From Mobula hypostoma (lineage: Eukaryota), in NCBI RefSeq assembly GCF_963921235.1, contig NC_086108.1, positions 92,320,001 through 92,384,000 on the forward strand: DNA of 64,000 nt, given 5' to 3'. Shown piece by piece: positions 51,966 to 63,925 of this stretch. The translations under genes and the position numbers were made by a program. The notes beneath the pieces are model-generated. The model was not told the DNA's origin, made no database searches, and saw only the letters and a list, made by a program, of their open reading frames with translations. Each line of letters begins with the position of its first letter. Position 1 is the stretch's first letter.

Positions 51966-54150
51966 ATCCTGGCTGGAAAATTTGGACTTCTGGTGAAGTT
52001 ACAACATTAAACAAAAGCAGGTAACTGTGCTGCTTATGGGTACAGGAGCAGACCGTTTGGCCCCAAAGGACTGTACGCCATTCAAATTTCAATGTAAATT
52101 TATTATCCAAGTTTGTATATGTCACCATTTACTACCTTGGGATTCACCTCCTTGCAGGCATTCACAATAGAACAAAGAAATACAATAGATTTAATGAAAA
52201 GCTACACAAAAAATTGACAACTAACGTGTTAAGACAAACTGTTCAGATACAACATTTTTAAAAATCATAATAAATAAATAATACTGAAAACTTTAGTTGT
52301 AGATTCCTCAAAAGTGAGCCCATGGGTAGTGGAATCAGTTCAGAGTTGAGGTGAGTGAAGCTATCCATGCTGGTTCAGGAGCCTAATGGTTGAAGGTAAC
52401 AACGGTTACTGAATCTGGTGGTATGGGACCTAAGGCTCCTGTACCTCCTTCCTGATGACAACAGCAAGAAGAGAGCATGGCCTGGATGGTGGGCGTCCTT
52501 GATGGTGGATGCTGCTTCCCTGTGCCAGTGTTCCCTGTAGATGTGCTCAATGGTGAGCTCATTGAGATTGCACCTGACCTATCCCCTAACTTCACTCGAC
52601 CTTATCCCAAAGTACACTTGATTGGTTAAAAACATATTGCACCTCTCTCAGATTTTAGATTAATACTGACCTAACGTCAACTGTCATTTACAAATAAGAA
52701 TTTCAGTTTCTCCCACACTTTTGATTCCTTATTTCTCTCCAAACTGTTGGGATCATATTGAATGTCCAAGTTGGGGTGAATGGCTTCTTTTCACGCTGGG
52801 TGACTCTAAATTGTGTATTGATTTAAACAGTTCTTGTCCATGAGTTTCAAAATTAATTTTGCATTACCAACAATAAAGTTCCAATTGGGATTTGCCTCTC
52901 AGTCAAATGGAGACTACTATTTCAACATACTTCATTTTAAATATTTTTCTGAATATCTGGAAATTTCTCAGCATTTGATTCCAATGAATTTGCATTCCCT
53001 TACATGTTTCTCAAGTCAGAATTTTCTTTTTTATTATTATCTAGATACCTGCAGCACAGAATATCAGTTCTTCAAGCCACACCACTAAGCATTCCTCAAT
53101 TTAACCCTAGCCCAATCAGCAGACAATTTACAATGACCAAATAACCTACTAACCAGTATGTCTTTGGACTACGGAAGGAAACTGGAGCACCCAGAGAAAG
53201 CACACAGGCTCGTGGGGAGGACGTACAAACTCCGAACTGAACTCCGAACTCCAACGCCCCAAGTTGTAATAGTGTCGCGCTAACTGTTACACTACTGTGG
53301 CAAACCAATGTCATGCAGACAACGCAAACACGAGGAATTCTGCAGATGCTGGAAATTCAAGCAAAACACATCAAAGTTGCTGGTGAACGCAGCAGGCCAG
53401 GCAGCATCTCTAGGAAGAGGTACGGTCGACGTTTCGGGCCGAGACCCTTTGTCAGGACTAACCGAAGGAAGAGTTAGTAAGAGATCTGAAAGTGGGAGGG
53501 GAAGGGGTAGATCCAAAATGATAGGAGAAGACAGGGGAGGGGGGGGATGGAGCCAAGAGCTGGACAGGAGATTGGCAAAAGGGATATGAGAGGATCATGG
53601 GACAGGAGGCCCAGGGAGAAGAAAAAGGAGGAGGGGGGAAAAAAAGCCCCAGACGATGGGCAAGGGGTATAGTCAGAGGGACAGAGGGAGAAAAAGGAGA
53701 GAGAGAGAAAGAATGTGTGTATATAAATAAATAACGGATGGGGTACAAGGGGAAGATGGGGCATTAGCGGAAGTTCATGCCATCAGGTTAGAGGCTACCC
53801 AGACGGAATATAAGGTGTTGTTCCTCCAACCTGAGTGTGGCTTCATCTTTACAGTAGAGGAGGCCGTGGATAGACATATCAGAATGGGAATGGGATGTGG
53901 AATTAAAATGTGTGGCCACTGGGAGATCCTGCTTTCTCTGGCGGACAGAGCGTAGGTGTTCAGCAAAACAATCTCCCAGTCTGCGTCGGGTCTCGCCAAT
54001 ATATAGGCCACATCGGGAGCACTGTATTCAGTATATCACCCCAGCCGACTCACAGGTGAAGTGTCACCTCACCTGGGAGGACTGTCTGGGTCCCTGAATG
54101 GTGGTAAGAGAGGAAGTGTAAGGGCATGTGTAGCACATGTTCCACTTACA

Positions 54151-54600
54151 TCCCCCCCATCCCTCCCCACTGATCTCCCTCCTGGCACTTATCCTTGTAA
54201 GCGGAACGAGTGCTACACATGCCCTTACACTTCCTCTCTTACCACCATTCAGGGCCCCAGACAGTCCTTCCAGGTGAGGCGACACTTCACCTGTGAGTCG
54301 GCTGGGGTGATATACTGCGTCCGGTGCTCCCGATGTGGCCTTTTATATATTGGCGAGACCCGACGCAGACTGGGAGACCGCTTTGCTGAACACCTACGCT
54401 CTGTCTGCCAGAGAAAGCAGGATCTCCCAGTGGCCACACATTTTAATTCCACATCCCATTCCCATTCTGACATGTCTATCCACGGCCTCCTCTACTGTAA
54501 AGATGAAGCCACACACAGGTTGGAGGAACAACACCTTGTATTCCGTCTGGGTAGCCTCCAACCTGATGGCATGAACATCGACTTCTCTAACTTCCGCTAA
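54151..54600 (+). pseudogene. Penelope ORF C-terminus: Cys-rich linker and GIY-YIG endonuclease (5'-truncated)
   Basis: CKRNECYTC...GVIYCVRCSRCGLLYIGETRRRLGDRFAEH...VATHFN...LEEQHLVFRLGSLQPDGMN. Confidence 0.9.
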
Positions 54601-54895
54601 TGCCCCACCTCCCCCTCGTACCCCATCTGTTACTTATTTTTATACACACATTCTTTCTCTCTCCTTTCTCTCCCTCTGTCCCTCTAACTATACCCCTTGC
54701 CCATCCTCTGGGTTTTCCCCCCCTCCCCCTTTTCCTTCTCCCTGGGCCTCCCGTCCCATGATCCTCTCATATCCCTTTTGCCAATCACCTGTCCAGCTCC
54801 CGGCTCCATCCCTCCCCCTCCTGTCTTCTCCTATCATTTTGGATCTCCCCCTCCCCCTCCCACTTTCAAATCTCTTACCAGCTCTTCCTTCAGTT

Positions 54896-54931
54896 AGTCC
54901 TGACGAAGGGTCTCGGCCCGAAACGTCGACC
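54896..54931 (+). ncRNA. Minimal type I hammerhead ribozyme motif
   Basis: aGUC-CUGACGA-aGGG(ucucgg)CCC-GAAAC-GUC/GAC: both core boxes, stem II, palindromic ACGU stem III, GUC triplet and stem I GUC:GAC. Confidence 0.8.
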
Positions 54932-56168
54932 GTACCTCTTCCTAGAGATGCTGCCTGGCCTGCTGCGTTCACCAGCAACTTTGATGTGTGTTGTCATGCA
55001 GACAATCCTCCATGTAAATAACTCAGCTGAGAACTGAAAAAAATCACTCAGCAAGGTAACCAAGGTGAGAAATAGAACTCACAGTGTAATAGATGTCTAC
55101 TGCTGTCTTTATTTTCTTCTTCATAAGATGCAATTGAGACAACAGCCAAAGTATCTATATCAATACTGATAAGTGAGAAATGTTTCTGAGAAGTGGCTAA
55201 GATGGCATAACTCCATCTGCTCGTGTTCAATCAACTGCTTCAAGTACTGTCTGTGTGGAGTTTGCACATTCTATCATGACAGCGCAGGTTTGCTCCAGGT
55301 GCTCTAGGCTTCCCCAACATCCCAAAGACCTGTGTGTTGGTAGATTATCTGGCCATTATAAATTGTCTCTCATGTAGGTTGATGGTAGAATCTGCGGATA
55401 ATTGCTGGGAATGTAAGGCGAATATAAAATGATACCAGTGTAAATGAGTGCTTGAGGATTGGCATGAATTTGGTGGGCCAGAGGTCTATATGACTCCATG
55501 GTTTATCCACCTACCTTTACTCTCTGACACTCAATGGCCCATTGGCTCACAAAACAAATTAATACTCCTACACTTTCCTGTCAGAGGAAATCTTTGCTTA
55601 ATGCTATTTTATCCTAGAACTAGAGTCAACCAGGTTCACCCTGAAGAGGAGGCTGGTGAGAGTGAGGCAGAGTAAAGTTCAAAGTTCAAAGTAAATTTAT
55701 TATCAGAGTAGTATATGTCACCATATACTACTGTGAGATTCAATTTCTTGCAGGCAATCACAAAAAAAAATGACTGCAAGTAAGTGAATCTCAGAGTAGA
55801 GTTAAACAGCGGTAGTCCATCCTTGAACCATCTTGAAGCTTTGACCTCTGGCTAATGGCCACAAAATAGTTCCCTTATGCTATTTTCCCAGACTCAGTTC
55901 CAGCACCAACCCTGACTTTGTTACAATCATTTTTCACAAAACACGGTCAGCTTTCCCTTGCTAATTTTGGACCACCGCAGTTAAAGGTATAATGCCATTG
56001 ATCTAATGGTTCACATATTGTCAAGCTGTTTGCTGTGCACGTGATAACTAACTAGTCTGCAAGAAAATGTTATATCTATTTTCAATAATTCAACATTAAA
56101 AATTATTCTGTAAATATCAATTCAATGTAGATTATAGATCTGCTTATACAAATAGCATTTTAACTCCA

Positions 56169-56282
56169 TTTATTTTATTAATAGACAAGGAAAATAGACT
56201 AGTTGACAGATTTCTTAATATTTCTTGGAGAGATTTATACTAGAGTTTATGCCCACACGTCATTGACTTCAGTCAGTTTATT
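56169..56282 (-). terminator. Candidate RWDD3 polyadenylation signals
   Basis: AATAAA on the minus strand at 56277-56282, 56174-56179 and 56169-56174, 100-220 nt after the stop codon. Confidence 0.5.
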
Positions 56283-56384
56283 ACTAAACCGACTGAAGCG
56301 GAGTCTTGCTCAATTCCTTGTTTTCTGCACTAAGTCAGTGGCCATGGTCTTATTTTCTTCTTTCCATCCAGGTTAAAGGAACCT

Positions 56385-56490
56385 TTAGAACCGTACAAAC
56401 TTGTCATAGAGGTCAGATAAACCCAGAGCCTCAAATTCTTGGTGTAACTCACACCCCGATGTAAATTCTTTCACAGAAAAGCTTGTAAGC
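56385..56490 (-). CDS. RWDD3: RWDD3 coding exon 4 (terminal)
   Basis: Acceptor tccattttAG. Encodes (R)LTSFSVKEFTSGCELHQEFEALGLSDLYDKFVRF*, similar to human [32 protein letters not shown]. Total CDS 780 nt, 259 aa. Confidence 0.92.
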
Positions 56491-56601
56491 CTAAAATGGA
56501 AATAGATTATTTTTAAATCAATAACTTTCACGCAATATTCAGATTGAACCTATTAATCTGTTCTGACACTCCAGAATGCGATGTCCATTGATGGGTTTTA
56601 C

Positions 56602-56717
56602 CTAACGTGCTCTGCTTGAAGTTTTTCTTCATAAAGAACACTGATCATCTTTTCTTTGCATCTTTTTCCACTGGAATCCACATCCACCTTGGTGGTTTTC
56701 TGAAGAACAAGATACTC
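56602..56717 (-). CDS. RWDD3: RWDD3 coding exon 3
   Basis: Encodes [38 protein letters not shown](R); human [30 protein letters not shown] acceptor at 56719-56718, donor AG|GTAAAA, phases consistent. Confidence 0.95.
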
Positions 56718-57415
56718 CTTCCATTTTAAAAACAAAATAAAAACATAAGTTAAGTTACAAAGCAGAAGGCAGAGATAGCATTTCAGCTATGTAATTTTAA
56801 AAACAGCTGATAGTGAATTTTCTCAACTCTTGGCCTTTGCTAGATCATTTTTAACAGTAAGGCTATTTCAAAGGAATTTAATGTAACAGAGCACCACATT
56901 GATCTGCAGAGTATACACTCATCTCCAACAGATGTATTAGCATCAAATTCAGAATGGCAGGCAGAAATAAACTGCAATGTTCCAAATAATTCAACAACTT
57001 TATCATGTGCTGACATCAAGCTTGGTACTGATTGTGCTGATCTTGGCTGGGTTGGTACAAGGGCAACAAGTAATTCCGACACCTTCAGATTTGCCGAAAG
57101 GATTTGTTATCATGTGCAACTTCTTGAAGTCCCGGTGTCAGGGAAATACAGAACCCAGACTTATCTCAACACGAGTTTTACAGAGAATCCAGTAGCAAGG
57201 AAACACCACCCTCTGGGCCTCACCTGCTTTCACCTGCCATGTGCCAACTGGTACTCCTTCCCCTCCCCCCCACCTTCTTATTCTGGCATTTGCAGAATCT
57301 TTTGTGTTTGCCCTTTGGGACTGCCTGATTGTGAATATTGGCAAGTAAAGGAATGTAGCATGACTGAAACGAAGGTGTATATCACATCACATCACTGAGA
57401 ATGAAACAATAATAC

Positions 57416-57900
57416 CTTGATATCTTTTCTCTCCCCTTGCAGAAGAATTAGTATGAGTTTGCCCATGAACATCAGCCTTCCTGTGAGTCTTAGGTCAGAA
57501 GTCCATTTTTCTATGCTCCTAATGTACTTTGCTTTGGCTCTCATGTGATCTAAATGCAAAAGAGCCATCCACGTGCCGTCGCCTGCATTACCCTGGTTCC
57601 GCTGGTTGTCACCTTCATCAGCCTTGCCTGCTGTTGGTTGGCCCAGGCTGTTCTCAAAGTTCTGTTGTAGCCACATCATTAGCTCATAAACCATGGGCTG
57701 GGAAAGAAGAGTCATTGCATACTGCTGCAAGTCCCATTTCAAATCAGAGCACTGTTCACGGCTGAGTTGATCTGAGCTGATGGAGACATCTGGCAGGCAG
57801 TTCGGGTAGCCAGGGGGCAACTGAAAGGTAACCTTCAACTGGATTTTCCTTGCCTGGCGTTCATAGGTCTCACCGATTTGGAAAGTAATCCCTTCAGATT
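57416..57900 (-). CDS. RWDD3: RWDD3 coding exon 2 (RWD domain)
   Basis: Acceptor tgtattgcAG. Encodes ESEGITFQIG...FQLPPGYPNCLPDVSISSDQLSREQC...PMVYELMMWLQQN...LLHLDHMRAKAKYIRSIEKWTSDLRLTGRLMFMGKLILILLQGERKDIK, matching vertebrate RWDD3. Donor AAG|GTATT. Confidence 0.96.
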
Positions 57901-58169
57901 CTGCAATACATTGGACAAATTACAAAGTTAGCACTGATTTCATAAAGTTAGCATTCTTTTGTGAAATTTTCCCACAAAGATATGAATGTTTCTCAAAATA
58001 AAAAAAGGCCAGGACTTCACAGACATAAACAATCATTACAGTTGTCAGAAATATGACTTCTAATATAACTGAGTGCAGTACTCCCATCAATACCAGGTCA
58101 CGTATGCATCTTCCCTCTCACATACACTACAGAAGACCATAAAGACGGAAACAAATACAACTTTTTAAT

Positions 58170-58800
58170 AAACACAAGAGATCCCGCAGATGCTGGAAAT
58201 TTAGAGCAAGACATGCAAAATGCTGGAGGAACTATTTTTCCATTCCTCGTTCTGACCGTTCCTTACCCCTTTTTTCCTCACTTGTCCATCACCTCCCACT
58301 AGTACCCCTCCCCCTTGCTTTTCTCCCATGGTGTTATCCGCTCCAGTCCGATTCCTTTTTTTCCCCCTGTCGTTTACCTCCTCCGCCTATCATTCCCAAG
58401 CTTCTCAGTTCACCCACCTCCCTCCCCACTCACTTGGCTTCAGCTGTCACTTGCCAGCACTTACAACCTTCCCCTTCCCTGCTTTATTATTCTGGCTTCT
58501 TACCCCATGCTTTCCGTCTTGACGAAGGGTCGCTGCCTGAAACGTCGACTGTTTATTCCTCTCCATAGATGCTGCCTGACCTGCTGAATTCCTCCAGCAT
58601 TTTGTGTGGGTTATTCCGGATTTCCAGCATCTGCAGAATCTAAGCACAAGAAAGTCTGCAGATGCAGGAAATCCAAAGCAAAACACAAAAAAATGCTGGA
58701 GAAACTCAGCAGGTCAGGCAGCATCTATGGAAATTAATAAACAGTCGACGTTTCTTTGGGACTGAAAAGGAAGGTGGTGGGAGGGGAAGGAGGCTGTTTA
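58170..58800. mobile_element. Alternating-orientation Penelope terminal fragments in RWDD3 intron 1
   Basis: Minus 58170-58232, plus 58235-58640, minus 58644-58800; a further fold-back at 59585-59770. Confidence 0.75.
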
Positions 58801-60147
58801 GAAGGTGATAAGGGAGAGTACGTGGTCAAAGAGTCGAAGGGCAGCAGAGATCATAGAGGAAGAGCAGTTGAGAGAGGGTTTCACCTAACTCCCATTGAAG
58901 AGAAGACTTAAGATCTGCAGAATCACTTGTGTTTATGAACAGTCTTCCTAGTGTCTTAGCTAACACTCAGCACTTGGCCAACATCTTCAGAAGCAATTAA
59001 TTTCTAATATTTGGAGGAGTCAGTTTTGCTTCAGATCTGAAATGCACTGTATTGCATTCTGTCATTAAAGGATCGGCCCAGCTGGATTTTGTTCTCAAGC
59101 CTAATGAATGTGACCACCCACCTCCCGCTCAAGAGATAAAAAAAATAAGGGTGACATTTATTGGATTTAAATTTCTAAATGTGGCAGCTTGGTCTGAGGA
59201 CTTTGCAATTCCACCTACGACCTAATGCATCTCCTGTCATAGAGCACGACACCACAGATGCAGGCAGTTCAGCTCGTCTAGTCCGTGCCAAACTCCTATT
59301 CTGCCTTGTCCCATCAAATCGCACCTGGACCATAGGCCTTCACCGCCCCACCCCATCCATGTACATATCCAAACTTCTCTTACATGCTGCTGCCTTAGGT
59401 GTCGCTCAACTTCCTTGCTAAATGCTATCCACCTGGTAATGTCCTGGCCTATAGCACTGGTGTAGCAGCAGGACAAGACTACTAACAGAGAGGAATATGA
59501 ACAAACCCCATGACAGCAGCTACAGGATTTAAATTCAAGTAAATATCTAAATCAGATAATTAGCAGTTCATTTTAATTAGTAACTCACACAAAATGCTGG
59601 AGGAACTCAGGCAGCATCTGTGGAGAGGAATAAAAAAAATGATGTTTCAGGCAGGTGCCTCTCAGCTTGAAATGTGGGCTCTTTATCCCCTCCATAGATG
59701 CTGCCTGACCTGACCCCAGTATTTTGTGTGTGTTTCTCTGGATTTCCAGTATCTGCAGAATCTCTTGTATCTGTTCTACTAATGTCCTACAGGGAAGGAA
59801 ATCTTTAACCCACCTAAATTGAGACTACATTACACCTCCAGACCACTTCACTACCTTCATGAAATGTATGTACCAGTAAGGAATAAACAGTGAACATCAG
59901 TGTGCTTGCGGACTTCATGGTTGATAAAATTAATTCCTAAAATAAATATCAACAATGCACATTCCTCATCTGTGTTGCAGCCCAGAATTTGAAAGCTACA
60001 GATCTTGGAGTGAACCCTCCTTGAGCCTCAAACCCCACACAAAGAAGAACCCGAACTCTACTCTCTCTCTGCACACTAGCTCCCAGTGCAAATGGGACTA
60101 GTTCAGATCCGCATCTTGATCAGCATGGACCGGTCGAGCTGAAGAAA

Positions 60148-60375
60148 GGGGCACGGTAACGTAGTGGTTAGTATAAATAGCGCTTTATGGCAGCCAGCTG
60201 TTACGATCAGGTTCAAATCCCGCCGCTGACTGGAAAGGATTTTTACGCTTTCCCCGTGACCGTGTAGGATTCCTCCCACATTCTGAAGTCGTACAGTTAG
60301 GGTTGGTTAGTTAGTTGAGGGTATGCTATGTGGGCGCTGGAAAGCATAGTGACAGTTCCAGACTGTCCAGTACAA
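60148..60375 (+). mobile_element. V-SINE with tRNA-like head
   Basis: A box TAGTGGTTAG, B box GGTTCAAATCC, body like 29677-29990. Confidence 0.7.
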
Positions 60376-60519
60376 TCCCCGCGGATTATCTTTCTGAGTC
60401 TGTGTGGCTCCATCCCTCAAGGTGACGATTGCTCCTTGCGGTCGGAGACGTCCAACCCTCCCCTTGGACTCAAACTCAAGTTTGCAACCGGGAGGAGGAT
60501 TACCCCAGGTCCTTACCCT

Positions 60520-60945
60520 TGTTGGTCGGGGCCCGGCGCCCTCCCGCACTAACCCCCACCCAGCTGGGCTTTAACATCGCTGGAAGTGACAAGCCCTAGC
60601 AGCAGTATTCAATACAAGGATCCAGTGGCCCGCCTGGGCCCTTCAGCCTCAGCTCCTGGGTGAGGTGGCACCCCCTTGGGTTTTGGCTCCAAGCAGCGGC
60701 GCCGGGCGGGTACCGGGGAAGGGGGTGGTAGGAGCCTGCAGCCCCCTCACCTGAATGGGAGAGGAGTTGGAAGTCACTGCCGTAAATGACCTGGAGGGCG
60801 GCCGTCTCTTCCTGAGCGGCCATAGCGGGACGGGGCGGGGACCGGGCCGCGGGCCGGGGCCGGAGCGCTCTTCCGCTGCTCGGCGCCTGCAAGGCTCGGG
60901 GAGCGCTGCCTGGAACGGCTGCAGTGCCGACTGTCGGTGAGAGAG
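60520..60945 (-). promoter_or_regulatory. CpG-island promoter / first exon region of RWDD3
   Basis: Sharp GC- and CpG-rich block in an otherwise CpG-poor window, with an Sp1-type GGGGCGGGG at 60832-60840 beside the start codon. Confidence 0.75.
60751..60823 (-). CDS. RWDD3: RWDD3 (RWD domain-containing protein 3 / RSUME) coding exon 1
   Basis: ATG at 60823 encodes MAAQEETAALQVIYGSDFQLLSHS, like the RWD N-terminus (human MAEPVQEELSVLAAIF...VLSRS). Ends at a CAG|GTGAG donor, phase 1, inside a CpG-rich region. Confidence 0.88.
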
Positions 60946-61039
60946 GGAGACAGGGTGAACTGTTCCAACAGCACTGAAAAGATTTTGACGCTGAACAGAC
61001 TTTGCAAACAAGAATATTTGTAGGTATTAAATCTACAAG

Positions 61040-61480
61040 GAGTACCGTTCTAGGACAGCAGCATGCATCAAGTATCCCCACCATCTCGCTGCTGCCGTCA
61101 GGAAGAAGGTACACGAGCCTCACGACCCATACCGCCAGCCTCGGGAACAGATATGCCCCCTCAACCATCAGGCTCTTGAACCGGGAGGATAACTTCATCC
61201 AACTGTATTCACCTCAGTACTGAACTGCTCCCACAATCTATGGACTCAATTTCAAGGACCTTTTATCTCACGTTCTCGATATTCATTGCTTATTTATTAT
61301 TATTCTTTTTGTTTGCAGTTTGTTGCCTTTTGCACATAGATTGTCTGTCTTGTGTCTGATTTTTCTTTGGTTCTACTGTGTTTCTTTGTAGTATTTACTA
61401 CTAAAATCTGTAAGAAAATGAATCTCGGGGTAGTAAATGGTGACATATATGTACTTTGATAATAAATTTACTCTGAATTT
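61040..61480 (+). mobile_element. Rex1/Babar-type LINE 3' end
   Basis: LLPSGRRYTSL..HTASLGNRYAPSTIRLLN and the shared 3' UTR. Confidence 0.75.
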
Positions 61481-62366
61481 TTAAAAAGGGATTTGGTATG
61501 ACCTATTCCTCCTCTTGCAGCAACCAACATTGTTTATACAAAGGCTTGAGTTCACCAAAATCAGTGCCAGGTGCTTTACAACGGTATGAACCCATTGAAT
61601 GTCATATTAGAGGAGATGCCCAGAAAGTTTCTTCAGATTAGCTTGGCCAAAAGATTTTAGGATGATTTTCAAAAATAAAGGAGAAACAAAGAGGTTTATT
61701 GTATTTCTTTAAACTACAAAAGGGGGGCAACTTCAAGTTCAAGTTCATTGTTCTGTGCCTACATACAGTACACAGTATAAATTACAGACATGAGTTAACA
61801 TAAACATGTAGTAGCAAAGAGCATTGCTGTTTGTTGTGTCCTTTTAAATGACTTAATATGGTAAGTATCTGCAGCATATAAAATGACTCGATGCACTCAG
61901 TAGTCATACTGAATTGCTAATCAGAGCTCCACTGCTGTATATCTGGGTTGTCATGCACATAGTGCCTTTAATAGTTCTCTTTAGGTAGGAGAACTTCAGT
62001 TAGACCAAGAAAGTATACAACAATGGATAGTCCAATTGTATCTGAGCCAATTGCCATGATGCTGAACTTCCATGGAGTACTCTGAAATACTCTCAGGTGG
62101 GACATAAAACATACAACATGATTATTTTGAGGACCAATGAAATCATTGAGCTGAAATAATAATTCCCTTCCTCTGTCAGACCCGCTGGGCAGCTTCAGTG
62201 CTTTATTTCAGATTTCCAACATCTCCAGTATTTCGGTTCCATCTTGGCTTGGTTATGTTTTTGACTAAGTTGATTTTTTTTCACCATCAGCACAGTTGCA
62301 CTCAAGACTACGTGTTCAGCCCTGCTCTACTTGTCTTATACTTATGTTGACTGTCAGACTAAGTCA

Positions 62367-62809
62367 TGTGGGGCTTAGTTTACTTATTAGTTGAAAGCCG
62401 CTTCCATCATGCCGGTCATCGAATAGCCCGTTTGAAGGATGCACAGCTCTTTCCCATTGGTTGCCTTATGTGCCACGGCACCGGTGTCTGGTTTCAAGCA
62501 CCTCAGGGGTGTAAGAATAGCGCATGCAGGAGGCTCAGACTTTCTCCTTTTGTCTCCAGGGCCTCTTCACACAGCGAGATGATCGCGACCAGTGCTGAAG
62601 AACTGTGGGAAAGTATGCTCCAGACTCGCACTCTCAGCTAAGTACCTCCCTGCTGAATGTGTAGTTGTGTAACTTGTGGAGACTTGGATGTTTGGTCGAA
62701 TGTTTTACTGTTTATAAATAAGTGATTAATTCATATTCAGTGTCTCTGTCTCACACTCCAACCCCAGCTCCCAAATGAATAGACTCGTATCTGCCTCTCC
62801 CGGGCTACA
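62367..62809 (+). mobile_element. Possible solo LTR
   Basis: TGTGGGGC...GGGCTACA termini, CpG-enriched, with TATA- and polyA-like motifs; no TSD seen. Confidence 0.35.
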
Positions 62810-62964
62810 CTTTATCATGACCCAAGCCAACTTTTCAATATGTTCTACGAGCTGGAGGAGTGGCTTAACAAAAACCAATTAGAAGTGTGAAGAGAGAAAC
62901 ACCTGCCACATGAAACAACAACAGCCAAACCAGAGAACCTGCTTCCACGTTACACTCCAGCAAC

Positions 62965-63925
62965 ATATTTACTTTTGCTGATGACACTACTGTTGGTAGC
63001 CGAAATAAAGATCGTGACAAATTGGTATATAGGAGAGAGATTGAAAATCTGGTTGAATGGTGCCACAACAATACCCTCTCAGTCAACATCACCAACACCA
63101 GAGCTCATTACTTACTACATGAGGAAGAAATCGAGGGGTCTTTTGCCAGTCCTCATTAGGGAATAGGAGATGGAGAGGGTCTGTATCTTGGTATTATCAC
63201 ATCAGAGAGCTGCTCTCGGACCAGCATGTAAGTGCCATTTCGAAGAAGCCAAACTAGCACCTCTACTTCCTTAGAAGTTGGCGCAGATTCAGCGTGTCAT
63301 CTAACATTCTGACAAACTTCGATAGATGCCCAGTGCAGATTCTCTGACTGGCTGCATCACAGCCCAATATGGAAAACACCAATGCCCAAGAATTGAAAAG
63401 CCTACAAAAAGCGGTGGACACAGCCCAGTTCTCCCCACTGTTGAGCACATTTACAAGGAACACTATTACAAGAAAGCAACGTCCGCCATCAAGGAATCAC
63501 ACCAGCCAGGCTTTGCTCTCTTCTTGCTGCTGGCATTGGGAAGAAGGTGTAGGAGCTGTAGGTCCCACGACCACCAGGTCCAGGAACAGTTATTACCATT
63601 ACTTCACCTCCAGGCTCCTGAACCAGCATGGAGAACTTCACTCACCTCAACACTGAACTGATCACTGAACACAACCTGTGGAGTCACTTTCAAGGACTCT
63701 CCAACTCATGTTCTCTATTATTTATTTATTTATTTATTTGCTTTACTATTATTATTATTATTTTGTATTAGCACAACTTGTTTTTTTTGCACATTGGTTG
63801 TTTGTCAGTCTTCGTTTACGGGAAGCTTTTGATTGATTCCATTGTATTTCTTTGTTCTATTGTGAATGCCTGCAAGAAAATGAATTTTAGGGTATTATAT
63901 GGTGACATACTTTGACAATATATTT
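62965..63925 (+). mobile_element. Rex1/Babar LINE fragment
   Basis: FADDTTVG...YRREIENLVEWCHNN, LTGCITAQYG and 3' UTR. Confidence 0.82.

Larger units (their letters stand above)
53323..54991. mobile_element. Penelope (Neptune-type) inverted composite insertion with 14-bp TSD
   Basis: Minus copy 53323-54150 and plus copy 54151-54991; TGTCATGCAGACAA at 53309-53322 and 54992-55005. Confidence 0.93.

Noticed and set aside
54061..54150. N-terminal part of the 179-aa ORF 54061-54600 as a stand-alone GIY-YIG gene
   Set aside because: It starts at GTG in the antisense arm and crosses the inversion junction; a by-product of the palindrome.
54196..54991. T/C differences between the palindrome arms as an ADAR hyper-editing signature
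   Set aside because: Many differences are at CpG sites or go in both directions; not supportable without a family consensus.
60148..60225. tRNA gene
   Set aside because: A and B boxes are present but continue into a SINE body, with no complete cloverleaf.
60596..61198. 200-aa ORF spanning RWDD3 exon 1
   Set aside because: The N-terminal part is antisense LINE and promoter sequence and the C-terminal part is intron; only 60823-60751 is supported as coding.
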